Origin: an uncultured delta proteobacterium
GTDB lineage: Bacteria; Desulfobacterota; Binatia; UBA9968
Assembly (NCBI GenBank): GCA_963816145.1
Contig: CAWFJP010000002.1
Location: 128,001-192,000, forward strand
Reading direction: 5' to 3'
Length of the DNA: 64,000 nt
Part shown: piece by piece, positions 29,732 through 39,998 of the stretch
How positions within the stretch are numbered: position 1 is the first letter of the stretch
Layout: each line of letters begins with the position of its first letter
Made by a program: the position numbers and the translations under genes
Notes under the pieces: generated by a model
Seen by the model: the letters and a program-made list of their open reading frames with translations, nothing else
The model's database searches: none
What the model was told of the DNA's origin: nothing

Positions 29732-30787
29732 ATGTTTCGAGTCGATGTCGATGCCCATATAGATGAATGTGATGCCACCTGGGAATATCTCGACGACGGC
29801 GCGCGCCGCTTCAAACCGGTACTGGTCGATCCGGGATCGGCGACCGCGCCGGGCGACGCCCGGCCGCACCGCCTGTGGCTGATCGATGGCACGATCCAAC
29901 TCAAGCGCTGGCGCGATGACCAGCGCACCGGCACCGTGCAGGCGACCCGGGAACTTCTGGACGTCGATGCTCGGGTGCGCCATATGGACGAGTTGCGCGT
30001 CGACGTGCAAGTGCTCTACCCGACGCTCTTTCTGCACGCTTTCACCGCTCGACCGGAGATCGATGTCGCGCTTTGCAAATCTTACAATCGCTGGATCGCT
30101 ACCGCTACCGAGAAGAGTCGCGGTCGGTTGCGCTGGGTCGCGGTGCTGCCGATGCTCGACATTCCTCGGGCTGTAGAAGAGCTGCGTTGGGCCAAGGAGC
30201 ACGGCGCCTGCGGCGTGTTCAAGAAAGGCATCGAAGCCGGCGGCCGCGCCGCCAGCGATCCGCATTTTTTCCCGATCTATGACGAGGCGAGCCGCCTCGA
30301 CCTGCCGATCTGCATCCACAATGCCAACGGTTTCATCGAGTCCGCCACCACCGAAGGCACCGGGCTGGGCGGCGGTATGATCGCCATCGCAGCATTTAAC
30401 GCGCTGGCCGAGCATGGCATCCCGGATATGTTTCCGAAACTCCGAGTGGGGTTCATCGAAACCGGCGCGTCCTGGGTGCCCTTTCTCCTTGCCGATCTGA
30501 TGGCAAAGAAACTTCGCCGCACCTTCCTGCCCATCGACCTCAAGGCAGACCTGTTCCGTAAAAACCGTTTCTACGTCGCCTGCCAGACCAATGACGATCT
30601 GCCTTACATTTTAAAGCACGGAATGGAAGATAATCTGATGATCGGTACGGACTATAGCCACGCTGACCAGTCTGCCGAGATTCGAGCCCTGGACGTCATC
30701 GAGGAGCGCGGTGCAAAGGGCGAGATCCCGGCGGCGGTGGCGCGCAAAATTCTGGACGATAATCCGCGGCGGTTCTACGGCCTATAG
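29732..30787 (+). CDS. Amidohydrolase_2 family protein
   Basis: DVDAHIDE, QVLYPT, YNRWI, ICIH, IETGASW, GTDYSH. Confidence 0.9.
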   Translation: MFRVDVDAHIDECDATWEYLDDGARRFKPVLVDPGSATAPGDARPHRLWLIDGTIQLKRWRDDQRTGTVQATRELLDVDARVRHMDELRVDVQVLYPTLFLHAFTARPEIDVALCKSYNRWIATATEKSRGRLRWVAVLPMLDIPRAVEELRWAKEHGACGVFKKGIEAGGRAASDPHFFPIYDEASRLDLPICIHNANGFIESATTEGTGLGGGMIAIAAFNALAEHGIPDMFPKLRVGFIETGASWVPFLLADLMAKKLRRTFLPIDLKADLFRKNRFYVACQTNDDLPYILKHGMEDNLMIGTDYSHADQSAEIRALDVIEERGAKGEIPAAVARKILDDNPRRFYGL

Positions 30788-30841
30788 GCGATCGTGCAGA
30801 CTATCTCGAAAGTCATTGGACCCAATATTTAGGACTCGATC

Positions 30842-31840
30842 ATGACCGCCCTCAGAAAACTCATGGCGATTTTTTTGCTGATTTACCTCGCCGCGCTGGC
30901 GCCTAATCCTGTGGCCGCGGCGGATGACAAGACGATCGATCTCGCCAAAAAAGAAGGCCGGGTGGCCTTCTACACTTCCATGGGCGCCGATGAAAGCAAG
31001 CTGGTCGCCGATACTTTTCAAGCCAAGTATCCGTCGATCCGTGTCGAAATTACCCGTTTGGGCAGCGAGAAACTTTTGCAGCGCATCATCACCGAGAGCC
31101 GCGCCGGCAGTCATTTCTTCGACGCCGTTACCAACAGCGGCATGGAAATCTACTTGCTCGGCAAAATGGGTTTGCTGGCGCGCCATCTGACGCCGGATTT
31201 CTCCTTATTTATGGCGGACTCGAAGGATTCGGCGGGACGCTGGGTAGATATGTATTCGAATCTGCGCTTGATCGCCTACAACACCAGGCTCGTGCCAAAG
31301 GAGAAAATTCCTAAACGTTACGAAGATCTACTCGAGCCGGGATGGAAAGGACAGGTTGGCTTTCCCGAAGGACAGTTCTCCTGGTTCGCCACCATGTTAA
31401 AAACCATGGGCGAAGAACGAGGCCGGAATTTTTTTCAGGGACTGGCGCGGCAGGAGCTTAACTATCGCGGCGCGCAGGTTTTGGTCACGCAAATGATCGC
31501 CGCCGGCGAGTTCAATGCCGGTTTTTCCTACGATACCCAGGTGCTGCGCTTTCGTAATCGCGGCGCGCCCATCGAGGTCGCGCCGATGCCTTTCGTCACC
31601 AAGAATATTCACCCCATCGCGCTCGCCGCCCACGCGCCCCATCCCAATGCGGCTAAGGTTTTTATCGACTATGTCCTGTCCAAGGAAGGGCAAATGTTTA
31701 TCAAAAACCTCGGGCGGGTGATTTCGCGCAGCGATGTTCCCCAGGAGGAATTTGCCCGGATGAAAATCATTTCCGAGGACGTCACCGTCGCCGATCGGCT
31801 AAATTCGGTCATGGACGACTACAAGAAATACTTGCGCTAG
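30842..31840 (+). CDS. Extracellular solute-binding protein (AfuA/FbpA-like)
   Basis: AKKEG.V..YTS, YNT.LV, DLL.P.WKG, APHPNAAKVFID..LS.EGQ. Confidence 0.88.
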   Translation: MTALRKLMAIFLLIYLAALAPNPVAAADDKTIDLAKKEGRVAFYTSMGADESKLVADTFQAKYPSIRVEITRLGSEKLLQRIITESRAGSHFFDAVTNSGMEIYLLGKMGLLARHLTPDFSLFMADSKDSAGRWVDMYSNLRLIAYNTRLVPKEKIPKRYEDLLEPGWKGQVGFPEGQFSWFATMLKTMGEERGRNFFQGLARQELNYRGAQVLVTQMIAAGEFNAGFSYDTQVLRFRNRGAPIEVAPMPFVTKNIHPIALAAHAPHPNAAKVFIDYVLSKEGQMFIKNLGRVISRSDVPQEEFARMKIISEDVTVADRLNSVMDDYKKYLR

Positions 31841-31982
31841 GGTGCTCACCGATTACTTCGACGAACCGGCTTCGCATCAGATCGGCGCCGGCATTTGTCT
31901 TTTCCCCGTCTATCCAATAGCCTATTCATGAACTCGCAGTGGTCAGAGCGATTCTGTGTCCCCGGTTGCGCTTGAGAGTGTC

Positions 31983-32801
31983 ATGAAACCCTTCAGGCAA
32001 AGTAGAATTCGACAATTCACTTTGGGTGCTGCAGCTGTCTTCCAGGCGCTGCTGTTATTTATATCCGCAGCTCATGGCTCTTGCCGTGATCCGGATGTCG
32101 CTCGCAGTTTCGGCTCGCTCGCCTACGCGGCCAATGTCGACGCGACGATTCAGTACTTCGGTCATAATTTCTTCCTCATTACGACCGGCAAGGGTACGCG
32201 CATCGTCGCCGATCCCTTGGGACCTGGATGGTATCCCAATCCGAATGTCGCCGCCGATGTCGTCACCGTCGGCAAGGAAATGTTCAACCACAATGCCGTG
32301 CAGATCGTCCAAGGCAACCCGCTGATCCTGCGCGGATTGAAGAACTACGGCGCCGATTGGAACATGGTCAGCACGAGCGTAAAAGACGCCTTCATCTACA
32401 GCGTGCCGATTCACCAGAACGCCGAGTTCATCCAGGGGATCCACGGTTCGGCATTCGTCTACGACCTCGGCGTCCTGTGCATCGCCCACTTGGGCGATTT
32501 GAGCCAAAAGTTGAACGAGCAGCAGATCAAAGCTTTCGGCAAAGTCGATATTGCCCTCACGCCCATCGGCGGCGGCCGAACCATGGGGCCGGACCTGGCG
32601 AAGGAAGTGCTTGCCCAGCTCAAACCGAAAATCGCCATTCCCATGCATCATCGCGATAGTCCCTACCTGATCAAGCAATTCGCCACCGGCATGAAAACGC
32701 AGCTCGTCAACGGCGACACCTTGGCAGTGAGCAAAGATTCGCTGCCCATGCCGACGGAGATCCGCGTGCTGGTGCCGCGCGGCGCGATGAATTACCGGTG
32801 A
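31983..32801 (+). CDS. Exported MBL-fold protein with degenerate metal motif
   Basis: GHNFFLI, ADP, IAHLGDL, IPMH; the HxHxDH position reads GKEMFNH. Confidence 0.82.
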   Translation: MKPFRQSRIRQFTLGAAAVFQALLLFISAAHGSCRDPDVARSFGSLAYAANVDATIQYFGHNFFLITTGKGTRIVADPLGPGWYPNPNVAADVVTVGKEMFNHNAVQIVQGNPLILRGLKNYGADWNMVSTSVKDAFIYSVPIHQNAEFIQGIHGSAFVYDLGVLCIAHLGDLSQKLNEQQIKAFGKVDIALTPIGGGRTMGPDLAKEVLAQLKPKIAIPMHHRDSPYLIKQFATGMKTQLVNGDTLAVSKDSLPMPTEIRVLVPRGAMNYR

Positions 32802-32986
32802 GGTGGGTTAGCTTTAAGCGAACTTCAGGGAGGGGGACGGGCTAGATTTTGAATCTTGGCGTTTGAGCTTGGGCTGTGATGTCGTTCGAAGTTGGCAATT
32901 TTCCCCGCCCCTCGCGTTTCGGGATGCCGCTAAGCATTTCTACATCTGATGTCCTGTGATTCGCAAACAATTCCGGACTACTACTG

Positions 32987-33787
32987 CTACCGTTGTCCCC
33001 AAGGCATGACGATCGTTTCGATTGGCTGTGGCAGCTCCGGCTTGGAAATTTTCAAGATCGGCGCGCTGAGCATCTTCACCCGTGTCAAACCCTGGGTGTA
33101 TTCCTGGACGGCTTGGTCCCACCAGAAGTGTTTAGGGATGGCGATTTTCGGGTTGACCAGCTTGGTGACTTCGCGCGCTTCGCTTGGCGTGACGGTGAAG
33201 TAGCCGCCGGCGATCGGGACGAGCAGGATATCGATCTTGCCCATCATCTTGAGCTGGTCGGGGGTGAGTACGTGGCCCAGGTCGCCCAAGTGAGCGATGC
33301 AGATGTCGTCGACCTTGAAAACAAAGATGGCGTTCTTGCCGCGCTGCATGCCGCGACTTTTGTCGTGATAGGCCGGGACGACGTAGACCGAGACGTCGCG
33401 GATAGTCGTCGAGATCTTCTGCCAGTTTTCCCCGCCTGGTGTTAGTCCGTGCAAGATCACCGGCGAGCCGGGCGCCATGTGGACGCTGTTGTGCGGACCG
33501 TGCTGATGGCTGGTGGTGACGATATGTTGCGGTAGTGTCGGGCGCGGCAGGTCGAAAGCACCATGGGGGTCGGTAAGGATTCGGGTTCCTTTTGAAGAGG
33601 TGATCTCAAAAGTCGAATGGCCCAACCATTCAATGGTTACTTGGGGTGCGTTGCCCAGTGCCGCGCGAAGAATTCCTCCCCGCTGAACAACTTCAAGCTC
33701 GTGGCAAAATGATTGAACGCGCGCCGGCAGTCCGAGCAGCGCGAAAATGACTATGATCGTGCGCAGGTTTCGATTCATTGTGCGCAT
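32987..33787 (-). CDS. Exported MBL-fold metallo-hydrolase (Lactamase_B_3-like)
   Basis: WLGHS, TDP, SHQHGPH, AYHD, HLGDLGH, IPKH. Confidence 0.88.
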   Translation of the reverse strand: MRTMNRNLRTIIVIFALLGLPARVQSFCHELEVVQRGGILRAALGNAPQVTIEWLGHSTFEITSSKGTRILTDPHGAFDLPRPTLPQHIVTTSHQHGPHNSVHMAPGSPVILHGLTPGGENWQKISTTIRDVSVYVVPAYHDKSRGMQRGKNAIFVFKVDDICIAHLGDLGHVLTPDQLKMMGKIDILLVPIAGGYFTVTPSEAREVTKLVNPKIAIPKHFWWDQAVQEYTQGLTRVKMLSAPILKISKPELPQPIETIVMPWGQR

Positions 33788-33810
33788 TTCATGGCGCGTT
33801 CGACGGTTTA

Positions 33811-33867
33811 TAGGGGCAACCCCCTGTGGTTGCCCGGCCCAGGGTAGGCACAGGGGCCTACCCCTAC
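33811..33867. repeat. REP-like palindromic doublet
   Basis: taggggcaaccccctgtggttgccc ... gggtaggcacaggggcctacccctac, resembling GTAG-type REP pairs, right after the operon's last stop codon. Confidence 0.7.
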
Positions 33868-33868
33868 C

Positions 33869-36130
33869 TCATATCAATCCCCACTTCCTTCTCATCCACC
33901 ATTCGACGCTGAGCAGCACGAGCACGATGGCGAAGGGCCAGAGCGTGCTCCACAGCTGGGTTTGGCGCTGCTCGACCAGCTGCGACGGCGCGATGGTTTC
34001 GAGTTTGGCGGCAATCTTCTCTAGCGATTTGTCGTTCCAGTCGTTGATTGAAAAATATTCGCCTTTGCTGTTCTCGGCGATCTGTTTCAATAGATCGAGA
34101 CGCGGCAGGCCGTCGTCGGTTTCGCCGTAGGCAAACGCGGCGCTGAAGCTGCCGCGGTCTTTGCCCAGAACTTTGCCGCCCAAGCTTGCTTCGGCTTCGA
34201 CGCGGTGAGTGCCTTCTTTGGTCGGAATGAATTCGCCGGTGTATTCGCCTTCCTCGCTGTCGGCGCTGGCGGCGACCACCGTCGGCTCGCCTTCGGGGCC
34301 GAAAACGCGCAGTTGCACGGTTGCCTGGCGCGTCGGCGTGAAGTCGTCTTTCAGCACTTTCAATTTGATCTGGCTTTTTTCTCCCGGTTGCACCGCCGCG
34401 ATGGGGCGCAACTGCACCTGTTCGAAGGACGGCTCCTGAGCGAGCCAGCGCGCCGCTTGACGCACCAACTTCAAATGATTTTGCGGCGATTCTCTATTGC
34501 CGACGGCGATGAAATTCCAGCGCCAGGCGTCGTCGCTCATGAGCGCGAGGGTGCGCCCCTTGCCGAAGCGACCGATGGTCAGGAGCGGCGCGCCGCCGCC
34601 TTCGCCGGTGCTCGTGATCAACGTCTCGCCGCGGGCGGCGCGCACTTGATTCATGCCGGTGAGCGCCGGCATCTTGCTCCAGGCTTCTTCGTTGGTTTTG
34701 GGGTCGGGCAGCAAGCGGGTAATCGGATGGGCCTTGCCGGCGGGAGTGAGCGCGATGTTGATCGCTGCCGCGGTCTGAAAAGTCCCTTTGCCGTCCAATT
34801 CCACCGGCAAGGCTTCTTTCAAGGCGCTTTCACCGTAACCGCCGGCATCGAAGGAGCGCGGGCCGCCGAGCATGGCCAGGCCGCCGCCGTCGCGGACGAA
34901 ATCGCGCACTCGTTCTAAGTACGACGGGTTGAAGTAAGCGCGATGGGAAAAGTCGTCGAAGAAAATCACGTCGAAGTTCTTCAATTCTTCGAGAAAAATA
35001 TCGTCGATGGGAAACGGAATTAAACTCAACTGGCTTTCGGGCACGTCGACGGTGTCGGTGGGCGTGCGCAGAAACACGAAGGAGACCAGCTCGATCAACG
35101 GATCTTGCTTCATCGCCATGCGCAGAAAGCGGTAGTTCCACGCCGGCGAGCCGGACAACGTCAGGATGCGGATCTTGTCGCGCTGGACGTCGACTTTAAA
35201 TTCCTTGCTGTTGTTCTGGGTGATCTGTTCGCCCGCCTGGGCCGGTATGCTCACGGAAAATCCATGGGTACCGAGATCCTTTGGCGTGAAGCTCAGCGTG
35301 ATCTTTTGCTCGAACGGATCGCCATCGATGGCCACCGTGCGCGTGGTGACGATATTCTTGCCGCGGTTGAAGAAGAGCGGCACAGACTTGCCTTTCATGC
35401 CCGAAGCTTGAATCGTCAGATCGATTTTGAACTCACGGCCGCGAAAGGCGAACTCCGGCGCGCCGACTTTGCCGATGCGCACGTCGGTGAATCCCTCGGC
35501 CTCGCCGACGCCGACGGCGAACACCGGCACCGTCAGCGCCGGGCCGCCGTCCAAAGTCTTTTTGTCGCCGTTGGTAATACCGTCGGTGAAAACGATGATG
35601 CCCGCCGCTGCCGTGTTGCTGTCGCGCGCCGTGGCTTGCAGCAATTCTAACAATCTTGTGCCGGGATCTTGCGGTTTCAATCCGGTAAGGCCGCCAATTG
35701 AGATCGGTTCGAGGCTGGTGCCGAGGCGAATCAGTTTGAGATCGTAGTCGCGATTGAGTTTTTGCAAAAGCGTCTCGCCGGCACCGGCGGTGAGTTTCTC
35801 ACGCACCAGATCGAGGCGGCTTTGGGCATTCTTATCGCCCGGCGCGCTCTTCGAACTCGCCGGAAAACCCATACTCTGGGAACTGTCGATCAGCACCGTC
35901 AGGGGCCGGCGCAATTTGGTCACGCGCTTGTCGATCAGCGCCGGGCCGAAGAGAAAAAAGATTAGCACGCCGTAGACCAGGGCGCGCAGCGCGGTGAGAA
36001 AGCTGGTCTGACTGACGGGCAGCCGTTTCTTCAGGCCGAAGAATTGTTGCACCAGCAATGCCAACGTGGCGACACCGATGAGCGCGACCAGCCATCCCGG
36101 CAAGGAACCGATGAGATAGAGATCGTTCAT
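33869..36130 (-). CDS. Membrane protein with vWA, Ig-like and GATase1-like domains
   Basis: Two N-terminal TMs, MIDAS DSSQS...TDG, FVRDGGGL..LGG..SF, GRFGKGR..WRW, C-terminal EWWMRRKWGL. Confidence 0.85.
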   Translation of the reverse strand: MNDLYLIGSLPGWLVALIGVATLALLVQQFFGLKKRLPVSQTSFLTALRALVYGVLIFFLFGPALIDKRVTKLRRPLTVLIDSSQSMGFPASSKSAPGDKNAQSRLDLVREKLTAGAGETLLQKLNRDYDLKLIRLGTSLEPISIGGLTGLKPQDPGTRLLELLQATARDSNTAAAGIIVFTDGITNGDKKTLDGGPALTVPVFAVGVGEAEGFTDVRIGKVGAPEFAFRGREFKIDLTIQASGMKGKSVPLFFNRGKNIVTTRTVAIDGDPFEQKITLSFTPKDLGTHGFSVSIPAQAGEQITQNNSKEFKVDVQRDKIRILTLSGSPAWNYRFLRMAMKQDPLIELVSFVFLRTPTDTVDVPESQLSLIPFPIDDIFLEELKNFDVIFFDDFSHRAYFNPSYLERVRDFVRDGGGLAMLGGPRSFDAGGYGESALKEALPVELDGKGTFQTAAAINIALTPAGKAHPITRLLPDPKTNEEAWSKMPALTGMNQVRAARGETLITSTGEGGGAPLLTIGRFGKGRTLALMSDDAWRWNFIAVGNRESPQNHLKLVRQAARWLAQEPSFEQVQLRPIAAVQPGEKSQIKLKVLKDDFTPTRQATVQLRVFGPEGEPTVVAASADSEEGEYTGEFIPTKEGTHRVEAEASLGGKVLGKDRGSFSAAFAYGETDDGLPRLDLLKQIAENSKGEYFSINDWNDKSLEKIAAKLETIAPSQLVEQRQTQLWSTLWPFAIVLVLLSVEWWMRRKWGLI

Positions 36131-36133
36131 GGT

Positions 36134-36907
36134 TTACCGGGTGAGGCGCTTGCGGATGAACGGCACATGGATGAGATCGTCTTTGTAGTTCTCGGTCATG
36201 GCGTAAAGGATCAAATTAATGCCCAGATGAAAGGCGTCGCGCCGCTGCGGTTCTCCGCCGGGCGTGCAGGCATTGGTCCACTTGCCGACTTGATCGCGCT
36301 CCCAAGCGGCGCACAGGCCGTTCTGACAGTAGACCACCGGTGTCGAGTTGCCGAGGGTGATGCCGTCGAGAGCGGGGCTGACGATGCGCACGCCGCCGAT
36401 GCTGCGCAGCAAATAGTAGCTGCGCAGCGCCGCGTGGCCGGCCGGCAAGCGTTTGAATTCGTTGCCGGGAAACACCCGCAGCATTTCGCGGCGCACCGCT
36501 TTATCGAAGCCGTAACCGGGCTGGCCGAGGGCGTCGTCGATCAACATGAAGCCGCCGTAGGTGAGAAAACGGCGCAGTGTGTCGATCTCTTCCTGGGTGA
36601 AGGGATCGAATTCGTATTTGCCGGTGAGATAAAGAAACGGATAATTGAACAGATCCTGGTCGGTCAAGCTGGCTTCATGGCGCACCGTCGCCGCCTCGAC
36701 ACTGGTGCGCGCCATCAGCTCTTCCATCAGCGGCGTCACCGATAACGGATGCGGGTTCCAATCGCCGCCACGGTATTTCAACTGGGCGAAGACAAACTGC
36801 AGCCGGCGCTTGTCGGCGGGTTGAGCGGCGGCGGCGAAGTTTGGCAGAAGTGCTGTGCCAATGATCCCTCGGAACAGTAATCTGATGAAGTTGCGGCGAT
36901 GCATCAT
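36134..36907 (-). CDS. DUF4159 protein with Tat-like signal
   Basis: HRRNFI leader, YPFLYLTG, LRRFL..GGF..IDD, GINLILYAMT..YK.D..H. Confidence 0.88.
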   Translation of the reverse strand: MMHRRNFIRLLFRGIIGTALLPNFAAAAQPADKRRLQFVFAQLKYRGGDWNPHPLSVTPLMEELMARTSVEAATVRHEASLTDQDLFNYPFLYLTGKYEFDPFTQEEIDTLRRFLTYGGFMLIDDALGQPGYGFDKAVRREMLRVFPGNEFKRLPAGHAALRSYYLLRSIGGVRIVSPALDGITLGNSTPVVYCQNGLCAAWERDQVGKWTNACTPGGEPQRRDAFHLGINLILYAMTENYKDDLIHVPFIRKRLTR

Positions 36908-36914
36908 GATAAAA

Positions 36915-36994
36915 AATGGATCATGGAAAATGGATAATTGATAATTGAAAACGGGATCCGGAAGTGTCCATTATCCATTATCAATTATCCATTG
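36915..36994. repeat. Inverted heptamer-repeat hairpin (AATGGAT/ATCCATT)
   Basis: aatggatcatggaaaatggataattgataattgaa ... tccattatccattatcaattatccattg. Confidence 0.85.
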
Positions 36995-36998
36995 ATTT

Positions 36999-39086
36999 TC
37001 AAAAGCGCTGTCCCAACCACCCTTCTAACAGCAACGTTATTATCAACAATCCGAGCAACGGCAGCGCCAGATCGACGCGTTTGCCGCCTTGCTTGAGCGC
37101 GCTGACGTCGAGCACTTCGGTGCGGATCGGTTTCAATTTCGCGGCGAGTTCGGCGGCGCTGATTTCGTCCAAGCGCGATTCCAAAAACGGCGCGTTGACG
37201 GCGTAGATTTGCGGCGCGCCGCTGTCCTTTTCGCCGCCTGCCGGCAGCGACAGCCGGTAGATACCGGACTGGTCGTTATCTTCGACCGCCGCCGCGGCGC
37301 GGTCCTTTTCGCCGGCAATGGCGACTTCGGTGTTTTGCTTGTCGGGTTTAGTCACACGCAGATTGCGGCCGACGAAGTTGGCCGGAAACCACAGCTCTTT
37401 GACGGCGCCGACGGCGATGCCGGCGTCGAGGTTGCCGCGTTTGCCGCCGGCAAGATATTGGGTCAAGGATTGAATCAACGGCAGGAAGACCGTTTTTACC
37501 GGCAGGTCGCTCCAATCGCGGTCGGCGCTGGTCGTTATCAACATCACTTTGCCGGCACCGACCTTCTGTTCAAGCAGCAGCGGTTCGCCATTGGCAAGCG
37601 AGATGAGCGGCTTGCCGGCAGCGCGTTGATAGCCCCACACGCGCACGGTTTTGATCGATTCCTGCAATATACTGTCGGTGAGACTTTGCAGCGCCGGATG
37701 GGTGAGATCGATTTTATCAATCTTCTCGCCGCCTGCTTCCGGACCGGTTTTCCTGTCGCGCAACTGCGCCGGCAACGCGGCGCCGAGTTTCTGATTGTAA
37801 CTGTCAGCTTGCAATTTATCGCCGGCGAAGATCAGCACGCCGCCGCCTTGGCGGAGAAAGTTTTGCAGCTTGGTGACGAACCCGTCGGGCAGCGCGGCCA
37901 GGTTGGAAAGAATCACCACCTGATAGGTGTCGAGGGTCGCGGCGTTCAGTCCGTCCGGCACAACCACCGTCGGCAGGAACAGCGACGCGTCGCGCTCGCC
38001 GGAAGGATTCAAGGCGCGGGTGAGAAAAAACGTTTCGCTTTGCACCAAGGATGTCTGCGGGTCGCCGTCGACCAGCAGGACTCTCAACTTGTCCTGGGCA
38101 TCGAGGGCGAAGTTTGCCACGGGGTTGCCGGTGAGGCCGTCTTTCTTGAGGGTGATTTGCCCGGCGTGGGCGCCGGCTTGGCCGATGCGGGTTTGGAAGG
38201 TGACCGAGGTTTCGCTCTTGGCGGGAATCGTCGTCAACTTCTGTTCTTTGTTCTGGCCGTCGATGCTGAGCTGCACCAGCAGCTCTTTGATTTCCGTGGC
38301 GCCGAAATTGGCCACCGTCGCTTCGATCTGCAGCGGCAGATTGACGCCGACGCCTTGGCCGCCGAGGCGGATTTCTTTGACGGCGCCGTTGAGCGGCTGT
38401 TGCTTTCTACCGATGCGGATAACTTTCAACGGAATCGACGGATCGGCTTGCTTAAGCGTTGCGACCGAGAATTGATCCCAGCCGGTGAGCGCCATGTCGG
38501 TGATGACGCGAATCTCTTTTTGCCCCGCCGGCTGGTTGAGGAGCTCATAGGCTTTGCTCAGCGCGGTGGGCAGATTAGCCGTGCCGTCGGCGATTTCAAC
38601 GCCGGTGATCTCTTTCAGCAGCACATCCTTTTGGTCTTTCAGGCGAAAGACTTCCTTGGCGCTTATGTTGGTCGGAATCACGGCGGCGCGATCGCCGTCG
38701 TTCAAGCCGCCGATCAAAAGACTGGCCGCTTCCTTGGCTTGTTTGAATCCATTGCCATCGCCAGACCAGGTCATGCTCAGCGAATTGTCCAGTATCAATA
38801 CCATCGACACCGGGCCGCCGCCGGCGAACAGGCCCGCGCCGGTTTGGAAAATCGGATTGGCGAGCAGGAGCGCCAGGCAGATCACCGCCAGAGTGCGCAG
38901 CGCCAAGAGTAGCCAGTGGCGCAGGCGGTAGCTGCGCGAGATGCGTTTTTGCGATAACAGGATGAACCGAACGGCGGGAAAGCGGATGCGTTTCAACCGG
39001 CGCCGATTGAGCAAATGAATCAGGATCGGCAGCGATGCCGCGGCCAGGCCGAAGAGAAACAGCGGGTAGAGAAAGAAAACCGACAT
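36999..39086 (-). CDS. BatA N-terminal domain + vWA + GATase-like membrane protein
   Basis: PILIHLLNRRR...FP..RF, LLLALR, DNSLSM, TD, WSDLP, C-terminal TM with E; start at MSVFF (39086) or 39101. Confidence 0.88.
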   Translation of the reverse strand: MSVFFLYPLFLFGLAAASLPILIHLLNRRRLKRIRFPAVRFILLSQKRISRSYRLRHWLLLALRTLAVICLALLLANPIFQTGAGLFAGGGPVSMVLILDNSLSMTWSGDGNGFKQAKEAASLLIGGLNDGDRAAVIPTNISAKEVFRLKDQKDVLLKEITGVEIADGTANLPTALSKAYELLNQPAGQKEIRVITDMALTGWDQFSVATLKQADPSIPLKVIRIGRKQQPLNGAVKEIRLGGQGVGVNLPLQIEATVANFGATEIKELLVQLSIDGQNKEQKLTTIPAKSETSVTFQTRIGQAGAHAGQITLKKDGLTGNPVANFALDAQDKLRVLLVDGDPQTSLVQSETFFLTRALNPSGERDASLFLPTVVVPDGLNAATLDTYQVVILSNLAALPDGFVTKLQNFLRQGGGVLIFAGDKLQADSYNQKLGAALPAQLRDRKTGPEAGGEKIDKIDLTHPALQSLTDSILQESIKTVRVWGYQRAAGKPLISLANGEPLLLEQKVGAGKVMLITTSADRDWSDLPVKTVFLPLIQSLTQYLAGGKRGNLDAGIAVGAVKELWFPANFVGRNLRVTKPDKQNTEVAIAGEKDRAAAAVEDNDQSGIYRLSLPAGGEKDSGAPQIYAVNAPFLESRLDEISAAELAAKLKPIRTEVLDVSALKQGGKRVDLALPLLGLLIITLLLEGWLGQRF

Positions 39087-39093
39087 GCCGGGC

Positions 39094-39984
39094 CTACCCA
39101 CGCCAGCTCAGATAGCTCGCCAGCGCCTGGTCCAGCGGCGTGGCGGTGGAGATCAGTTGATAGTCGATGGCGCTGTCGTGACATTGCTTGCGCATGTCGG
39201 TGACGAATTCTTGGACGACCTGTTTGTAGGTGGCGCGGATGGTGCGCGGGTCGGCGATCACTTGCAGATTGGCCGCTTCCAAATCTTCGAACAAAATATT
39301 GCCGTCGAAGGGCAAGTCAAGCTCGGCTTGATCGAGCAGGTGAAAGACGATGACATCGTTGCCCTTGAAGCGGAACTGGCGCAGCCCTTTGACGATCTGC
39401 TCGGGCTCGTCGAGCAGATCGGAAATTAACACGATCAAGCCGCGCCGGCGGATTTGCCCGGCCAGCTCTTCGAGGATCTTCGCGACATTGGTCTCGCCCG
39501 CCGGGCCGCGGTTCTCCAGGGCGTGGATGATTTGCAGGAGATAGTCGCGCTTTGAGCGCGGCGGGATGAAGGATTCGACTTTGTTCGAGAACGTGACTAC
39601 GCCGGCGGCGTCCTGCTGTTTCAAAATCAAATACGCCAGCGAAGCGGTGAGCGTGCAGGCGTAATCGAACTTGGTGATGCCGTCCGAGGCGTAATTCATC
39701 GACGCACTGCCGTCGACCAGCAGGTAGGCGCGCAGGTTGGTTTCGTCCTCATACTCCTTGATCATGTAGCGGTCGAATTTGCCGAGCGCCTTCCAGTCGA
39801 TGCGGCGGATCTCATCGCCCGGCGAATACTCTCGGTGCTCTTCGAACTCGACACTGAAGCCCTTGGCGCGACTCTTGTGCACACCGGAAAGCAAACCTTC
39901 GACCACCCAGCGAGCGCGCAGAGCGAGATTGGCGATGCCCGCGAGGACTTTGGGGTCGAAATAGTTCTTGTCGCTGTCGGCCAT
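39094..39984 (-). CDS. DUF58 family vWA-like protein
   Basis: G.H.S...GFSVEF.EHREY.PGD..R.IDWK, DGSASM, ISD. Confidence 0.93.
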   Translation of the reverse strand: MADSDKNYFDPKVLAGIANLALRARWVVEGLLSGVHKSRAKGFSVEFEEHREYSPGDEIRRIDWKALGKFDRYMIKEYEDETNLRAYLLVDGSASMNYASDGITKFDYACTLTASLAYLILKQQDAAGVVTFSNKVESFIPPRSKRDYLLQIIHALENRGPAGETNVAKILEELAGQIRRRGLIVLISDLLDEPEQIVKGLRQFRFKGNDVIVFHLLDQAELDLPFDGNILFEDLEAANLQVIADPRTIRATYKQVVQEFVTDMRKQCHDSAIDYQLISTATPLDQALASYLSWRG

Positions 39985-39998
39985 GGGTCACTCACGTG

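Noticed and set aside
36915-36994. Possible CRISPR array in the short tandem repeats here and at 52900-52990
   Set aside because: Units are 7 nt with no unique spacers, and there are no cas genes in the window.
37089-38912. 607-aa plus-strand ORF and many other long overlapping ORFs (e.g. 22836-23675, 28786-29934, 54085-54981)
   Set aside because: Antisense or alternate-frame shadows of well-supported genes, expected with GC-rich codon bias; no recognisable motifs.
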